This document shows positions 41,931-54,550 of a DNA stretch of 64,000 bases, piece after piece. Both the position numbers and the translations under genes were made by a program. Location of the stretch: assembly GCA_951406725.2 (NCBI GenBank), contig OX597815.1, forward strand, positions 33,542,001-33,606,000, read 5' to 3'. A model generated the notes under the pieces. It had not been told where the DNA came from, did not search any database, and was given only the letters and a program-made list of their open reading frames with translations. Every line of letters starts with the position of its first letter. Within the stretch, counting starts at the first letter, position 1. This stretch comes from Octopus vulgaris (Eukaryota).

Positions 41931-42130
41931 TACAAAGTGAAGCTGAAAAGTTCCTGACATTGGGTAAAAGGAAATACTGGAGGATAAGTTAATTATATTA
42001 TTCAACATATTCCCTCTCAGATTCATACACATGTTGCAGCAGCCCTTCAGTTTTTCTAAGCCCTGGAAAAGAACTTTGAAGATTGGGTCTCCAACTAGGC
42101 CTTTTGCAATACCCTTAAAATCAAGGACTT
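41931..42130 (-). mobile_element. Mariner 3'-end fragment
   Basis: TA-CAAAGTGAAGCTGAAAAGTTCC resembles a mariner TIR. The minus strand encodes a decayed GLEKL..CNMC.NLRG..-type transposase C-terminus. Confidence 0.55.
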
Positions 42131-42196
<66 letters not shown>

Positions 42197-42200
<4 letters not shown>

Positions 42201-42790
42201 TGAATTTACAAAAAAACAAAAGACGAGATGAATGTGTAAACAACAAACAGATGTATTAGTTTACCACTCAGGAAGCAAGAAAGTCTTTTGTTTCAAGCCT
42301 TTGCTCTTCGACAGAAAGGAACACAGAAATAAACAGGGAGAGAAAATAGAAAAAAGTTTTAGTGGCTAGCAATCTATTATAGCAAATGCTGGACAGAGGG
42401 GTCACACAGGAGAGCTAGGAAGGAAGGGAGGTAATAAAGTAGTGGTGATCTCAAAATGAAGGTGCATGTGTATGTGAGAGCGTGTATGTGCGTGTGGAAG
42501 AGTGCTGGTGACCTTGGTGTGTGCATGTGTAGGTGTGTGGATGATGGTGTCAGTGCTAATGTATGCGCTGGTGTGGGTGCTGGGAAGTGGTCTGTGCTAG
42601 TGTGTGCGGGGTAGTGTGGTATGGTGGTGTGTGTGAGAGGCAAGAGTGGAGGAAGCAAGGGTTGGGTCTATAGAATGGGGTGGGGATGGGATGGTGGAGT
42701 TGGAATGTGTAGGGGTGGGGTAATGAGGGAGGGGTGACAATGAAGGGAGACGGTGGGTAGGAGTGAAGAGAGGAAGTAAGTGTCAGAGCA
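42197..42790 (-). mobile_element. Penelope-like 3' fragment with variant hammerhead-like motif, beside a (TA)n tract
   Basis: Reverse complement of 42285-42318 is CTTT-CTGTCGA-A-GAGC-AAAG-GCTT-GAAA-CA-AAAG, followed by TTCCTGAG as in 53900-54070. Confidence 0.5.
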
Positions 42791-42794
42791 AGAG

Positions 42795-44686
42795 AGGGAA
42801 AGCGCCTGGCCCATCAGGAAACACTGCAGATATGCTTGAAATATCTGCCAGTGTCAGCTATAGTCTAGTCACCAGTATAGTCAGTCAGGTCATATTTGAA
42901 GGAGTCATACCCAATGACTGGTGTAGCAGTACCATAGTCAACTGCTATAAAGGTAAATGTGATGCATTAGATACGAATAATTAAAGAGGGATAAAGTTGT
43001 TGGATCAGGTAATGAAAGTCACAGACAGGTCTCCAGCTCCCATATCTGGTGGTTAATGAGGAAAGTACAGATAGATGAATGGTTAGTGAGAGCTGTGCAA
43101 GCCATGTACAGGGACGCTGTCAGTAAGGTGAGGGTTGGCAACATGTACAGTGAAGAATTCCGGGTAGAGGTAGGAGTCCACTAAGGTTCAGTCCTCTACC
43201 CCCTCCTATTCATCATAGAACTCCAGGCAATAATGGAAGAATTCAAGACAGGATGTCCCTGGGAGCTCCTCTATGCTGACGACCTTTCTCTAATTGCTGA
43301 GTCACTATCAGAACTAGAAAAGTTTCAAGTATGGAAACAAGGATTAGAATCAAAAGGCCTTAGAGTCAACCTAGCTAAAACCAAAGTCCTAATAAGTAGG
43401 AAGGCAGGCAAACCAAAAATCCCTTCTGGTAGATGGCCCTGCTTGATCTGTAGAAAAGGCCTAGGTAGAAACTCTATAAAAGGTACCCAGTGTAATAAGA
43501 GGTGCAGCAATATCAAAGGAAGGCTAAATGGGAAAATAGTTTTTGTATGTGGCAGATGCTCAGGAGCAATAAACACTGAAAATATGTAGAGAATAACTTC
43601 CGCCACATTCTGGGGAGAAAAACTAGAAGTAGTTGATAGCTTCCGTTAACTAGGTGACCAAGTCAGTAGCGGGGGAGGGTGCGCTGAAAGTGTAGCTGCT
43701 AGAATAAGAATAGCCTGGGCAAAGTTCAGAGAGCTCTTACCTCTGCTGGTAACAAAGGGCCTTTTGCTCAGAGTAAAAGGTAGATTGTATGATGCATGTG
43801 TACAAACAGCCATGCTACATGGCAGTGAAACATGGGCCGTGATTGCTGAGGGCATGCGTAAGTTCGCAAGGAATGAAGCCTGTATGCTCTGATGGATGTG
43901 TAATGTCAGTGTGCATACTCGACAGAGTGTTAGTACTTTGAGAGAAAAGTTGGACCTAAAAAGCATCAGATGTGGTGTGCAAGAGAGACGACTGCACTGG
44001 TATGGTTATGTGTTGCGTATCGATGAGGACATCTGGGGGAAAAAGTGTCACACCCTAGCGGGAACCTATGGAAGAGGTAGACCCAAGAAGACCTGGGGCA
44101 AGTTGGTGAAGCACAACCTTCGAACCTTGGGCCTCACCAAGGCAACGACAAGTGTCTGATACCTTTGAAGATATGCTGTGCTTGAGAAAACCTGGCAAGC
44201 CAAGTGAGACCATAACTGTGTCCTGTGCCAGTGCAGCATAACCAGCCCATTTAAGAGCACCCTTCAATCATTGGGCAATAAACTGCACTTATGAAGACCT
44301 GTTGAGGCAAGTGAAGTCATTGCCGTGGCCAATGACAGTACTGTCTGATTAGCACCTGTGCCGGTAGCACGTAAAAAGCATCATTTAAGCATGGTCGATG
44401 CCAGTGCCGGCTGACTGATCCCGTGCCTATGGTACATAAAAAGCACCATTTGAGCATGTCCAATGCCAGTACCACCTAACTGGCCCTTGTGCTGTTGGCA
44501 CGTAAAAAGCACTCACTACACTCAGAGTTGTTGGCATTAGGAAGGGCATCCAGCTGTAGAAACATTGCCAGACTGGACTGGAGCCTGGTGCAGCCTTCTG
44601 GCTCACCAGCCCTTAGTGAAACCATCCAACCCATGCCAGCATGGAAAGCAGACGTTAAACGACAACGATGATGATGATGATGATGA
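42795..44686 (+). mobile_element. RTE-clade LINE, 5'-truncated, RT pseudogene with 3' UTR and (GAT)n tail
   Basis: KAPGPSG, WELLYADDL (RT catalytic), LRVNLAKTK, WPCLIC, LLVTKGL, LHGSETW, VQERRLHWYG, GRGRPKKTW. Contains stops, frameshifts and an internal deletion near 43030. Confidence 0.95.
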
Positions 44687-44689
44687 AGG

Positions 44690-45230
44690 CTGTCACTTCC
44701 TTTATCATGTCCATGTAAAGGCAACTCTTGTTTACACAAGTATAATACAGCATTTGTTGACTGCTTTAAACATTGTCTATTTTCCTCAGCTGCTTTGTTA
44801 ATCTGTTGTTTTTCCAGTTTAGCAGACTCACTAATAGCTGTCCCAGTATCATACAGTCCGAAAGTTTTCAAACTTTTATAACTACTTAAATGACTCACTG
44901 ATATACTGTGATGCTTACAGTCACTCAGGATGTTTTTTTTTAATATTATAGCCTCCATCTGTCTACGACTGATTAGCTTTTGGTTGAAACAACAAATATG
45001 GCCAGCAGTAGAGTTTCTCTGTGACGCTACTTGCACAAAGCCAATCAATCTGTTCATATCATTTTATCTGAAATGTTTGAGTTTTCAATGAATGGGTTGA
45101 TGTGCCTGCTGAAGAATTTCATGTTTTTCTGCAATACTTCTAACCTCAGATGGCTTTTTTTTTTTATATCTAGCGCTATGTCTTTCTCCATTTCTAAGTT
45201 AAGGGTAAAAATAAAGCAACCCTCCAAAAC
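44690..45230 (-). mobile_element. hAT-family (ZMYM1/DUF4371-like) transposase remnant
   Basis: Minus strand reads DWLCASSVTEKLYCWPYLLF (TTF zinc-finger-like), then KHHSISVSH and EENRQCLKQSTNAVLYLCKQELPLHGHD (typical L..QELA.RGHD motif). Truncated where the RTE tail abuts. Confidence 0.75.
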
Positions 45231-45738
45231 ACAAGTGCTCTTTACACACAGACGCACAGAATAATGGCAATCAAATAACAACAGTGAAGTGCACACACTG
45301 TACTCTTGACAAGAGATGCCAGTTAGTCTTTTACACCTATCATGCTCGTTCATATTAGCCCAACTTGCTGGGTAATTTTTCGTTCCTTTAAGGATATTGT
45401 AGAATGGAAATTTTTTATAGATTGGAATTTAAAACTTAATCTCTATAGAAATTTTTTGTTTTAAGAAAACATTGAATTTGGATTTTTACGATTATAGATA
45501 ATAACTCAGGCTGTAACTTCTGAGCCTGAATCAGGCTTGTGTGAACGATGTCAAGAGAGCGTCTGCTACGAAAGATATTGTTTGACACAGGGTACCTCCA
45601 AATCAACTGCCAGATGTTGGATGAAAATAAATGAACTGCGACAAGGCTCAATAAAAGGAGCCTGGGTTATTGGCTAAAATTACATACTTGAAGTCAGTGT
45701 TGGCAGAAATTAAATCAGCTTGCAAAAGCAACCAGATG

Positions 45739-45907
45739 GAGGAAATATCTTCATTTACATAGATCAAAAATAAAATCACAGATGGAAAAAAGAGAGATGA
45801 ACACCCAATACTTTTTAATACTTTTCTCTCTGTATTGCATGTATATTTCTTTTTTTTTTTCCATCTGTAATTTTATTTTTGATCTATGTAAATGAAGATA
45901 TTTCCTC
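45739..45907. repeat. Inverted repeat (foldback/MITE-like), ~53 bp arms with one mismatch
   Basis: GAGGAAATATCTTCATTTACATAGATCAAAAATAAAATCACAGATGGAAAAAA and its reverse complement at ~45855-45907. Confidence 0.92.
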
Positions 45908-46157
45908 ATTCTAGATGCTTTACTTTCTACAAAACAAGAAGTTACATTGTTGAACTGTTATTTTCACAAGTTGTGTCTATTTCTCTCCCGATGAGATACA
46001 TCTGTACTGCTGGATACTTCTGAACAAGTTACTGAGTGTCCCATTTGTGAGGGATCAATGCTAGATGTCGAAACAATTGTCATGATTAATAATAAATTCT
46101 CGTATATTCCATCTTCCATTTGCCATATATATATATGTGCATGTGTGTGTGTATATA

Positions 46158-46194
<37 letters not shown>

Positions 46195-46642
46195 GTGTGT
46201 ATGTATATGTGTATGTATAGGACATGTAGCTCATAAGTCTACAAAGCTCAGGAGAGGAGGTACTGCATCCTCATGTTAGATGGAGGTTAAAGTATAAGGG
46301 AAGAGGTTGAGTTAGAGCAGGTTGTTGTAGAAGAGGCTAGATGGCCACTCACATTCAGAAGAGAGAATGGGAATGAATTGGTTGTACCTCTGAAGAGATA
46401 GATATAGTGGTGATGAGATGTCCGGGTGACACTATGTAGGAGGAATAGTAGAAGATGAGGTTTTGCAAGAGTGTATAGGTGGGAAGGGATAGCAGAACTG
46501 GGAGAGAAGGAGATATGTAGGCAAAAGGGAAAGGATAAAGAGCTGCAGTGGGGAGATGTGGTGGGGTGATTGATTGAGGAGCTCATATATACATACACAA
46601 ACAGATATGTATATACAAAACCATATATATATATATATATGT

Positions 46643-46941
46643 GGAGGTGCAATGGCCCAGTGGTTAGGGCAGCGGACTCGCGGTCGTAGGATCGCGGTTT
46701 CGATTCCCAGACCGGGCATTGTGAGTGTTTATTGAACGAAAACACCTAAAGCTCCACGAGGCTCCGGCAGGGGGATGGTGGCGATCCCTGCTGTACTCTT
46801 TCACCACAACTTTCTCTCACTCTTTCTTCTGTCGGCCTGCTCGCTTAGCCAGCGGGGTGGCGTCATTTGAAGGCTAAAACAATGCGAAGCGCATTGTGAC
46901 CAGCGATGTTTAGCTACATCTGATAGCCTGGTCGGTCACGC

Positions 46942-46945
<4 letters not shown>
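46643..46945 (+). mobile_element. Young tRNA-derived SINE, head A with tail 1, inserted in (TA)n
   Basis: A box TGGCCCAGTGG, GACTCGCGGTC arm (Arg-TCG-like), B box GGTTTCGATTCC; CpGs retained. Confidence 0.9.
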
Positions 46946-46983
<38 letters not shown>

Positions 46984-48882
46984 TTTAGAAGTCAGTTTTT
47001 CTGTGATGGGCTGGTTTTCACAAGGTGCACACTATCCCAATAAAGCAGGATCGCTAACCCCAGTAAAAGAAAAGTGCATTATATATGGTATGAAAGTTTG
47101 TCTAAAATGTGTCTTACAAAGAATAATTGAAGGGTTGGGAAACAGGGTAACAGTGTGTGCAAAAAGGAATTTTTTTTTAATGATAGATGTGACTATTAGT
47201 GGTGTAATGTGTGTTGTTTGGATTGTCTTGTGCAGTATCCAAATTGGTTGCCCCTTCATTAAATGTGCCATACCTTCATGCACAGTAAACAGGTATATAA
47301 CGTAGCTACCCAGTGTGATCTGCATACTATGCCAGTGGTAACTACAAAGTTTCGGTGCCTTGCTTGAAGTTCTATTTGAATTAAGATGAACACAAGTGTT
47401 CTGAATTGAAACACTTGTAACACATCGAGGACTCAAATTTTATGTCAAGAATTGCTTAATGGATGTTTTATTTGGACTATCTAATGAAACAAAGGAAAGT
47501 TGTGTGCATATCAGTTTTGCTGAGTAAGTGTGAGAGCAGCAATACATGGCTCATATAACAATGAAAGTTATTGAAGAATAGTTTGCTGTAAATACATAGA
47601 ATTTAGAGAACATTTTGACATGGTTAATGAATTTTCTGTGATGTTCTCTTGAACTAAATTAAAGGCTATTTATCTTTTGATAATAAAAATATGTGTATAT
47701 CAGTATATGAAACTATGCATATGTGTATGAATTATATGTATGCAAGTTTCCTTATTGGTAGAATGTGTGTGTGTAGATGCACATACTTGCTCTTCTTTTT
47801 CTCTTGTCCATTATAACTCCAGTTTATAAAAAGAGTGGGGGAAGAAGTGGATATCGTTATATTTCAGGATAGCCCCCTTTTTTTTCTTGCTATTTGACTG
47901 GTACTTATTTAATTGACCTTTGAAAGGCAAAGTTGACCTCTGAATATAAAGAGACATTACCAAATCCTCTAAATGATTTCAGTGCTTGAGTAAATACATC
48001 AGCTCATAAAGGAATAATTTTGTCTCTCTAAAACTAGTGCTAGTAGGGCAATATAAATGGTATATATGTTCTCATCACCTCATATAGATCTTCAAGACAA
48101 TATAATATTTTGAAAAATTTTTCTGCAATTGACTTGTGTAATTATTTGTTTAGTAATTAAGACAATGAAACAAGGGTTAGAGAATAATTTTTAATTTTTA
48201 TATTTAGAATGTTATTATTTTTTTTATTTTCAATTTTAACTCCACACTTCAAAAAAATTTCAGCATTTGTTACTAAAGTAAATTGTATATAGCAATTTTC
48301 TTTTATTTCTTTTAAAATTAGATTCTAAGAACTACTCTTCGTATCTTTTTTTTTTATTTTAATTTTTTTTTTTTAGTGTAAATGGAAAACAGATATTAAC
48401 TACTGCAATCATTTCTAAACAAATGTAAACATAGACTACATAGAATTTTCCACACAATTAGTGATGTTTTCTTGTTAAAGTACTGATTGCTAAAATACAT
48501 TTTCTGAATTTTAGTATGTGTGTTTTACTGTTATTTTTAAGTGCCATATGTCTACACATGCACATCTTTAGAAAGCTTTGAATTTAAAACCTTTAATTTC
48601 TTTTCAATGTTCTAATTCTTGAACAATCAGAAGCTGTCAAAGACATATAGCATTTGCCTTGTTGGTATGTCAGTAAATATCAGAGATCTGTTTTATCATA
48701 GCAATGCATGTTTCTTAAACAGAACCAATTCTGTAGGTCTGGATTTCGTTAATTTCTGTGGTTAACTTGATTTCTTCTTTTTCTCAATCAAACGTTCTGG
48801 AAACCACTCTGGAATTCAATTTTTAAGAGTCTTAAGGAAAAAACCTCATGTCAGTTGCTCATGCAAATAACTGTTGCTTTTT

Positions 48883-49109
48883 GAAACCCTTTTGATACCA
48901 AATTTTCTGAGATTGTCCCATGTTCTCTGATGCAGGTTTCTTCTTTTAAAGTGCTATTAATTGAAACCTTCCATCAAAATTTCATATCAATTTATGTTTG
49001 AAATGCTAGTGTAATGACAAAGTTATTTTACTAAATTGTTCATTATTTTCAAAATTAATTGAAACAAAGGCAGCATATTTCTGTTGAAATATGATAACAA
49101 GAAGGTTAA
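48883..49109. mobile_element. Second TTAA-type MITE family (degenerate)
   Basis: Imperfect inverted ends AACCCTTTTGATACCA ... TGATAACAAGAAGGTTAA; same ~230 bp size as the other TTAA MITEs. Confidence 0.5.
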
Positions 49110-52100
49110 AGCCAAATTATGTTCTACTCAATTTTATCCTGATATAGTTAATGCAATTTATTTGCTTAAGATATACCATAATTTGTAATTTGATTTAAAG
49201 ACAAATTGATTTAATGCTTCATTATTTCTAGCAATGTTAGATTTACTTGTGTTTTTTTTTTTCACAATCTAACTTAAAATGCAATTTGCTTAGCCATTTT
49301 TTCTTGTACTTAATGGAAATATAAATTTTTGTAAATGTCAGGATATATGAATCCTTTGCAAAAAAGAAGTATAATCTTTATTTATTTAGTCTTAAGATTT
49401 ATACATATTGCTGTGAATATTGTCATTCAAATGTTTTTGAGACAAGAGTTTGAACAATCTGGTGTGTTTATTTTAGTGGTTTATCAATGTATATGGTGAG
49501 TTTTTTGCCCTAGGTGTCAGGAAGTCGCTTTACAAGAAATGAAGGCAAAATTGAACGAAGAAGAAAACTCATAACAATAATAATTTTCTACATAGTTACT
49601 TGATGTGCAAGAAATATTAACCAAATCTATCTCAAATACCACTTTGCTAGCTTGGGAAAGGAAAAGGCACACTGGATAATGCAGCCTTACATACTCATAA
49701 AAGATGGATGATGGTTGTGGATGGAATGCTTTTGAACAGAATTAATTTGGGACTAAACAACACCAACAATTGATGAAGCGAATTATTTGAAAAATCCTAT
49801 TAGTTCCTTGTTGTTCTCTTTCATAAAAGAATATATTGTTTTAAACTTCAAATGAATTACACATGCATTCCCTCCTCTCCCTCTCATTATGTTTTTGGGT
49901 TTTAACTAACAGCTAATTTTATAAATAAAAAAATAAAAGACAAACATAACCTGTTTCTTTTTTTTTTATTGTTTGCATTGTTATTTGAAAACCATTCAGT
50001 ATTTCAATTGATAATTCTTTTTCTTTCTAAGGATATGTTTTCACGATATTTCACGTTTTTCTTGTTTGTGTTTATCACGATTTTTGTTTCCACACAAATC
50101 TTCAGATTGTTTTTATGTTTTAAAACCAACATTTACATATTTTATTAACTGTTAATCTTTTAAATTTGTGTTTATTGTTCTTACTGAAAGTGTTTGCAAT
50201 GTTCATGGAGTATATATATGAAAATCTAATATGACAATTTTATGTTGGACTAATGTTGTACCAAATCTATTTCTTCTGCAATCCCATAACATTTTCTTCA
50301 TGAATTAAACCAGTAGCATATTATAATAAGAGTAAGTTTTAAAGAAAACTAGTTAATGTTAATGTAAAATCCTAGTTGATGTAAATGTAATGATTAATAT
50401 ATTTAGCCACAGTTAAACTAATTAACAAACCTCTATAAAAATCATTGAAGTTACTTCAAATGGATATACATACAATTAAGTAATTTGAATAAATTAATTA
50501 AAATCCATCAATTAGAATGAATAGAATTTTGTAGCTTTCACAGTATTCCAATTAAAGATAACTTGTTTTGTAATGATTTGTGATTATACACATACATACA
50601 TCAGGTTTGGAATCTGATGATTTCTTCTTGATGTAGTTTGTTATGAAATCACAAACAGCTCAATATTGATATCTGCACAAGCAGAAGCTAAGTATTTATT
50701 CTGTAGAGATGTTGGACATCTTTCCAATTTTTTAATAGCATCATGGAAATTGCTAGATTTTTATTTATAATTTATTAAACTCAGCTCCCCCATCCTTGTA
50801 TGCTGTTATTCCCAAAATGCATGATAAATCATCTTCTGCATTTTTTGGTTGTCAAAACTTTGCTCTCCCCACCAAAAATTGCTATGTTAAAAGTCCACTT
50901 ACCCATGCTATATTTGTGCTTTGTGTGATTACTTAACATTCTCACAACATAGCAAATCATTATTCATTCTTGTATTTTAAATCATTCCTATAAGTAGTTG
51001 CTGAAATAAGAGGAATTTCATTTTGGCTAAAACATAAAGTCTTCTTTCCATATCATTTAGTAATCTCCAACAACATTCTACATTATTTATTCCAACTATT
51101 CTATATTCTTTTTCTAAATTTTCTTTCCACTCATTCTCAGCAAAATTTACTATTATCTATTTCATAATCTTTATATTCTTAACCAACTTTGGTTTGCATA
51201 TACTGCTTAATTATTTAGCAGTTCCAGTGACTGTTAATTATCTAAAATTGCTAGTCACATCATTCTGATATGAATAATTATTCATTGACTATCAAAATCT
51301 TATCATTTTCTGCTGGAATTTACTTTCAAAATGCAAAGTCAGCAAAGATTCCCTGTAAAATTATTAAGGGAACCATGTACTCTATTTCTGTAGTTTGTTT
51401 GTAGTTAAGCTGTAAATGCAGAACTCCTTACTTCAGTTCGAAAGCTACTTGATGATTTATCAGTTATTAAAAGGATAATAGCTTATGTTTTAGCTGATGC
51501 AAATTAACATGTAATTGTCAGCTGTTATCATATTCAAGTCAGATAATTTCATATTTTGCCTATTTATATACCTTTAATTTTTTAAACCAGACAAAAAAAT
51601 AAATAACCTCGTTTCTTTAGTTGTATTATAGCAAATAGTTTTTCCTTTTCATTTCGGTTCCCTCTTTTTATAGGGTCTTCTTTCTCCATATTTTCTACCA
51701 TTAAAATCTTGCCATGCAGGCATATTTTTGTTCTTATTGGATATTTTTGGGTATTTGCATTTTTAGCTGTTTCCTGTTTTGTTTGAGGGAGGGGTCAAAT
51801 TAGCTCAGTAGTGTTAAAGAATTAAAAGCTTTTGATTGATTCAATAACCCAAAAATTCTTTTAAAAGTCATGAGAATGATGATTTAGAATTTTCGTAGAA
51901 TTGATATTTTACAGGAATATATATATTTATAGGAATTAAGAATATCTAACTTTAAATAAAAATAATAGGTGCAAAGATATCAGTAAGTTGTATTTAGTTA
52001 AGTTTTACTTAGGAACATTTTCTTCCTCTATCTTTCATTTTCTTCTCCACTTTAGTATCCTTATCCCTACCTTCATCGCTCTCTCTCTCTCTTCCTCTAT

Positions 52101-52188
52101 TTTTATAGCCATCATGGCTAACACCAATTTACGACCAAATGTTATCAGGCCTCACTTTTTTGTTTATTTTTATTCTTTTCCCACTCAG

Positions 52189-52284
52189 CATCATCAGCAG
52201 GTCCCAGCGCCCCAAGTCCTTCGACTGCCGCTCAGCGAAGAGCACATCGAAGGCTCACCCGAGAGGACAACCGATATCATTCAG
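52189..52284 (+). CDS. DIP2: DIP2 homologue, next recognisable coding exon
   Basis: Long T-rich tract plus ctcag acceptor at 52188; GTAGTG donor at 52285; 96 nt, phase 1/1, so it joins in frame to 9635-9706. GC/CpG-rich relative to its flanks. Translates (A)SSAGPSAPSPSTAAQRRAHRRLTREDNRYHS, resembling the DIP2 'RR.TR.E.RYHS(E/D)' motif that follows the DMAP1-binding region. Confidence 0.88.
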
Positions 52285-53689
52285 GTAGTGCAGTCTGGTC
52301 CACGCCTACTATTTGCTACTTACACCTACTTACTATTGTAAATTAATATTGTTATGATTCTATGGTTGAGGTGATATGGTTTATGTAATGTGTCTGTCTG
52401 TCTGCTTGCCTATTAGTTGATTTAGTTCACCCAGTTTTATTTTATTTTGCTTTATTGTGCTTATTTTTACTTAATATTTTTAACAACTCTAATTTGTTTC
52501 CATGCTTTTTGTTATTTATTGAGCTTCTTTTTGTTTTGATTTTAATATACCATGCTTTGCTCTTTTCTCAGTTGTATTATGTATGCAATTTTTCTTTCTT
52601 TTCACTATATTTCACTTTTACCAACATATTCCACACGAGATATTAATTTAACTTTATTCAATTATTCCCTATCTCACTATATTCATTCTATACAGTAAAG
52701 TAATCAAGCAGTTCATTCAATCAACTACATCTCAAGTGTTTTACTAGAAGTTTATCATCATTTAAAGCAAAAAAGTAAACACACAATTGCTTCCCCCTCC
52801 AGCTTCTTTTGATTCTTTTTACTTGTTAATAGAGTGGATAACATGTTATCATAAAAACTGTCCAACTTGTGCTAGACATTTAGCTTATAATGTCTATATG
52901 AGAATAAGCATAATAAATCAGAACAATCATCTTGAGAACTGCAATCTTATATCAATCCAAAACTACTGTTGATAATTCAATATATATAATGCCATGTGAC
53001 TTTTAGCCAGCCAAAAAACTTTTGTTTATTCCCTCTATTCCTGTATTCTTATGTATTGGTTTGAATGCCAAAACTATTCAAGAAAATATTAAGTTACTTA
53101 CTAGCTGGCCAGTATAATAGAGGCAATTAATTTCCTCAAAAATTTCATACCCAATATTGTTGGATATATTTTTTACAAAGAAATTATAGTAACAATTGAA
53201 ATTTTTTAAAATCTGAAAATCCTCCTGAAATCTAAATATAATTCCTTTATAATTCTGTATCGGTGAAACATGGCCTGATGTTATAAAGTTTGAGTTACAC
53301 ACTTTTAACTGCAGTTGTTACTTATAATGTGACATTTTAGGTCAGTGTTTAATTTTTCATAAATACAGGCAGGTTTACAAATTAATTTTAAAATATACCT
53401 CACCCACTATACGTATCACATATGCACATATACATTTTTCTATTCATTCATTGTTGTCTCATCTGTGCACAAATTGCTAAAAGTTTCAGTGTTGTACTAT
53501 TTCAATATTTTTCTATATTTTATCAAACTTGTTGAACAAAAACATGAAGTTTCATTGATTCTTCTGTACTTTTTTTCCATTTTTCTCATCAATATTGCAT
53601 ATGTTTAATCAGTTCTGAAAGAATGAATAAAGCTATGTATTTATTAAACTAACTTACAGGTTATTATTTCATGTTATATATGGGTATGT

Positions 53690-53813
53690 TTCTATATATG
53701 TATACAGGTGTATATATATATATATATATATGGATATATATATATGTGTGTGTGTATATATACGTATATATTTATATCTATGTATATATACATATATGTA
53801 TATACATATATAA

Positions 53814-53865
<52 letters not shown>

Positions 53866-53900
53866 ATATATATATACACACACAAACATGCATATACATA
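53690..53900. repeat. (TA)n-rich compound microsatellite
   Basis: Directly visible; source of the YIYI ORFs. Confidence 0.97.
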
Positions 53901-53940
53901 TTTCTCCGTCTTCCCTTCCTTGGACCTTTCCTTTTTCTAT

Positions 53941-53974
53941 GTTTCTGATGAAGAGCTCTGCTTGAAACATTAAA
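53941..53974 (+). ncRNA. Minimal hammerhead ribozyme motif within a Penelope-like 3' fragment (~53900-54070)
   Basis: GTTT-CTGATGA-A-GAGC-TCT-GCTT-GAAA-CATT-AAA: stem I TTT/AAA, stem II GAGC/GCTT; same architecture and same CpG-decay positions as 16384-16429. Confidence 0.62.
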
Positions 53975-54089
53975 TCCTTCTTTCTTTCCTTTCCTGAGCG
54001 TCCAATAACACTATACTTGTTCCACGTCATCACGTTGTTGTGTTTTCTCTTTGTCCATGTTTAGATTAAATATATGTATATGTATACGC

Positions 54090-54550
<461 letters not shown>

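Noticed and set aside
44476-45057. 193 aa ORF with poly-His
   Set aside because: Chance fusion of a hAT remnant with the antisense RTE (GAT)n tail.
46643-46716. Possible tRNA-Arg gene
   Set aside because: No proper acceptor stem or terminator; it continues into a SINE body shared with 59245-59431.
46979-47436. ORFs possibly from a Mutator-like transposase
   Set aside because: No catalytic motif or TIR that I can support by eye.
49514-49575. Acceptor followed by VSGSRFTRNEG, resembling RRLTRNE
   Set aside because: The required phase-1 frame hits TGA after nine codons, and no donor is evident.
51988-52341. 117 aa ORF overlapping the DIP2 exon
   Set aside because: It is a different frame running through polypyrimidine tracts. 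The DIP2-like peptide is in another frame, bounded by splice sites.
53669-54033. YIYI ORFs
   Set aside because: Translations of (TA)n repeats.
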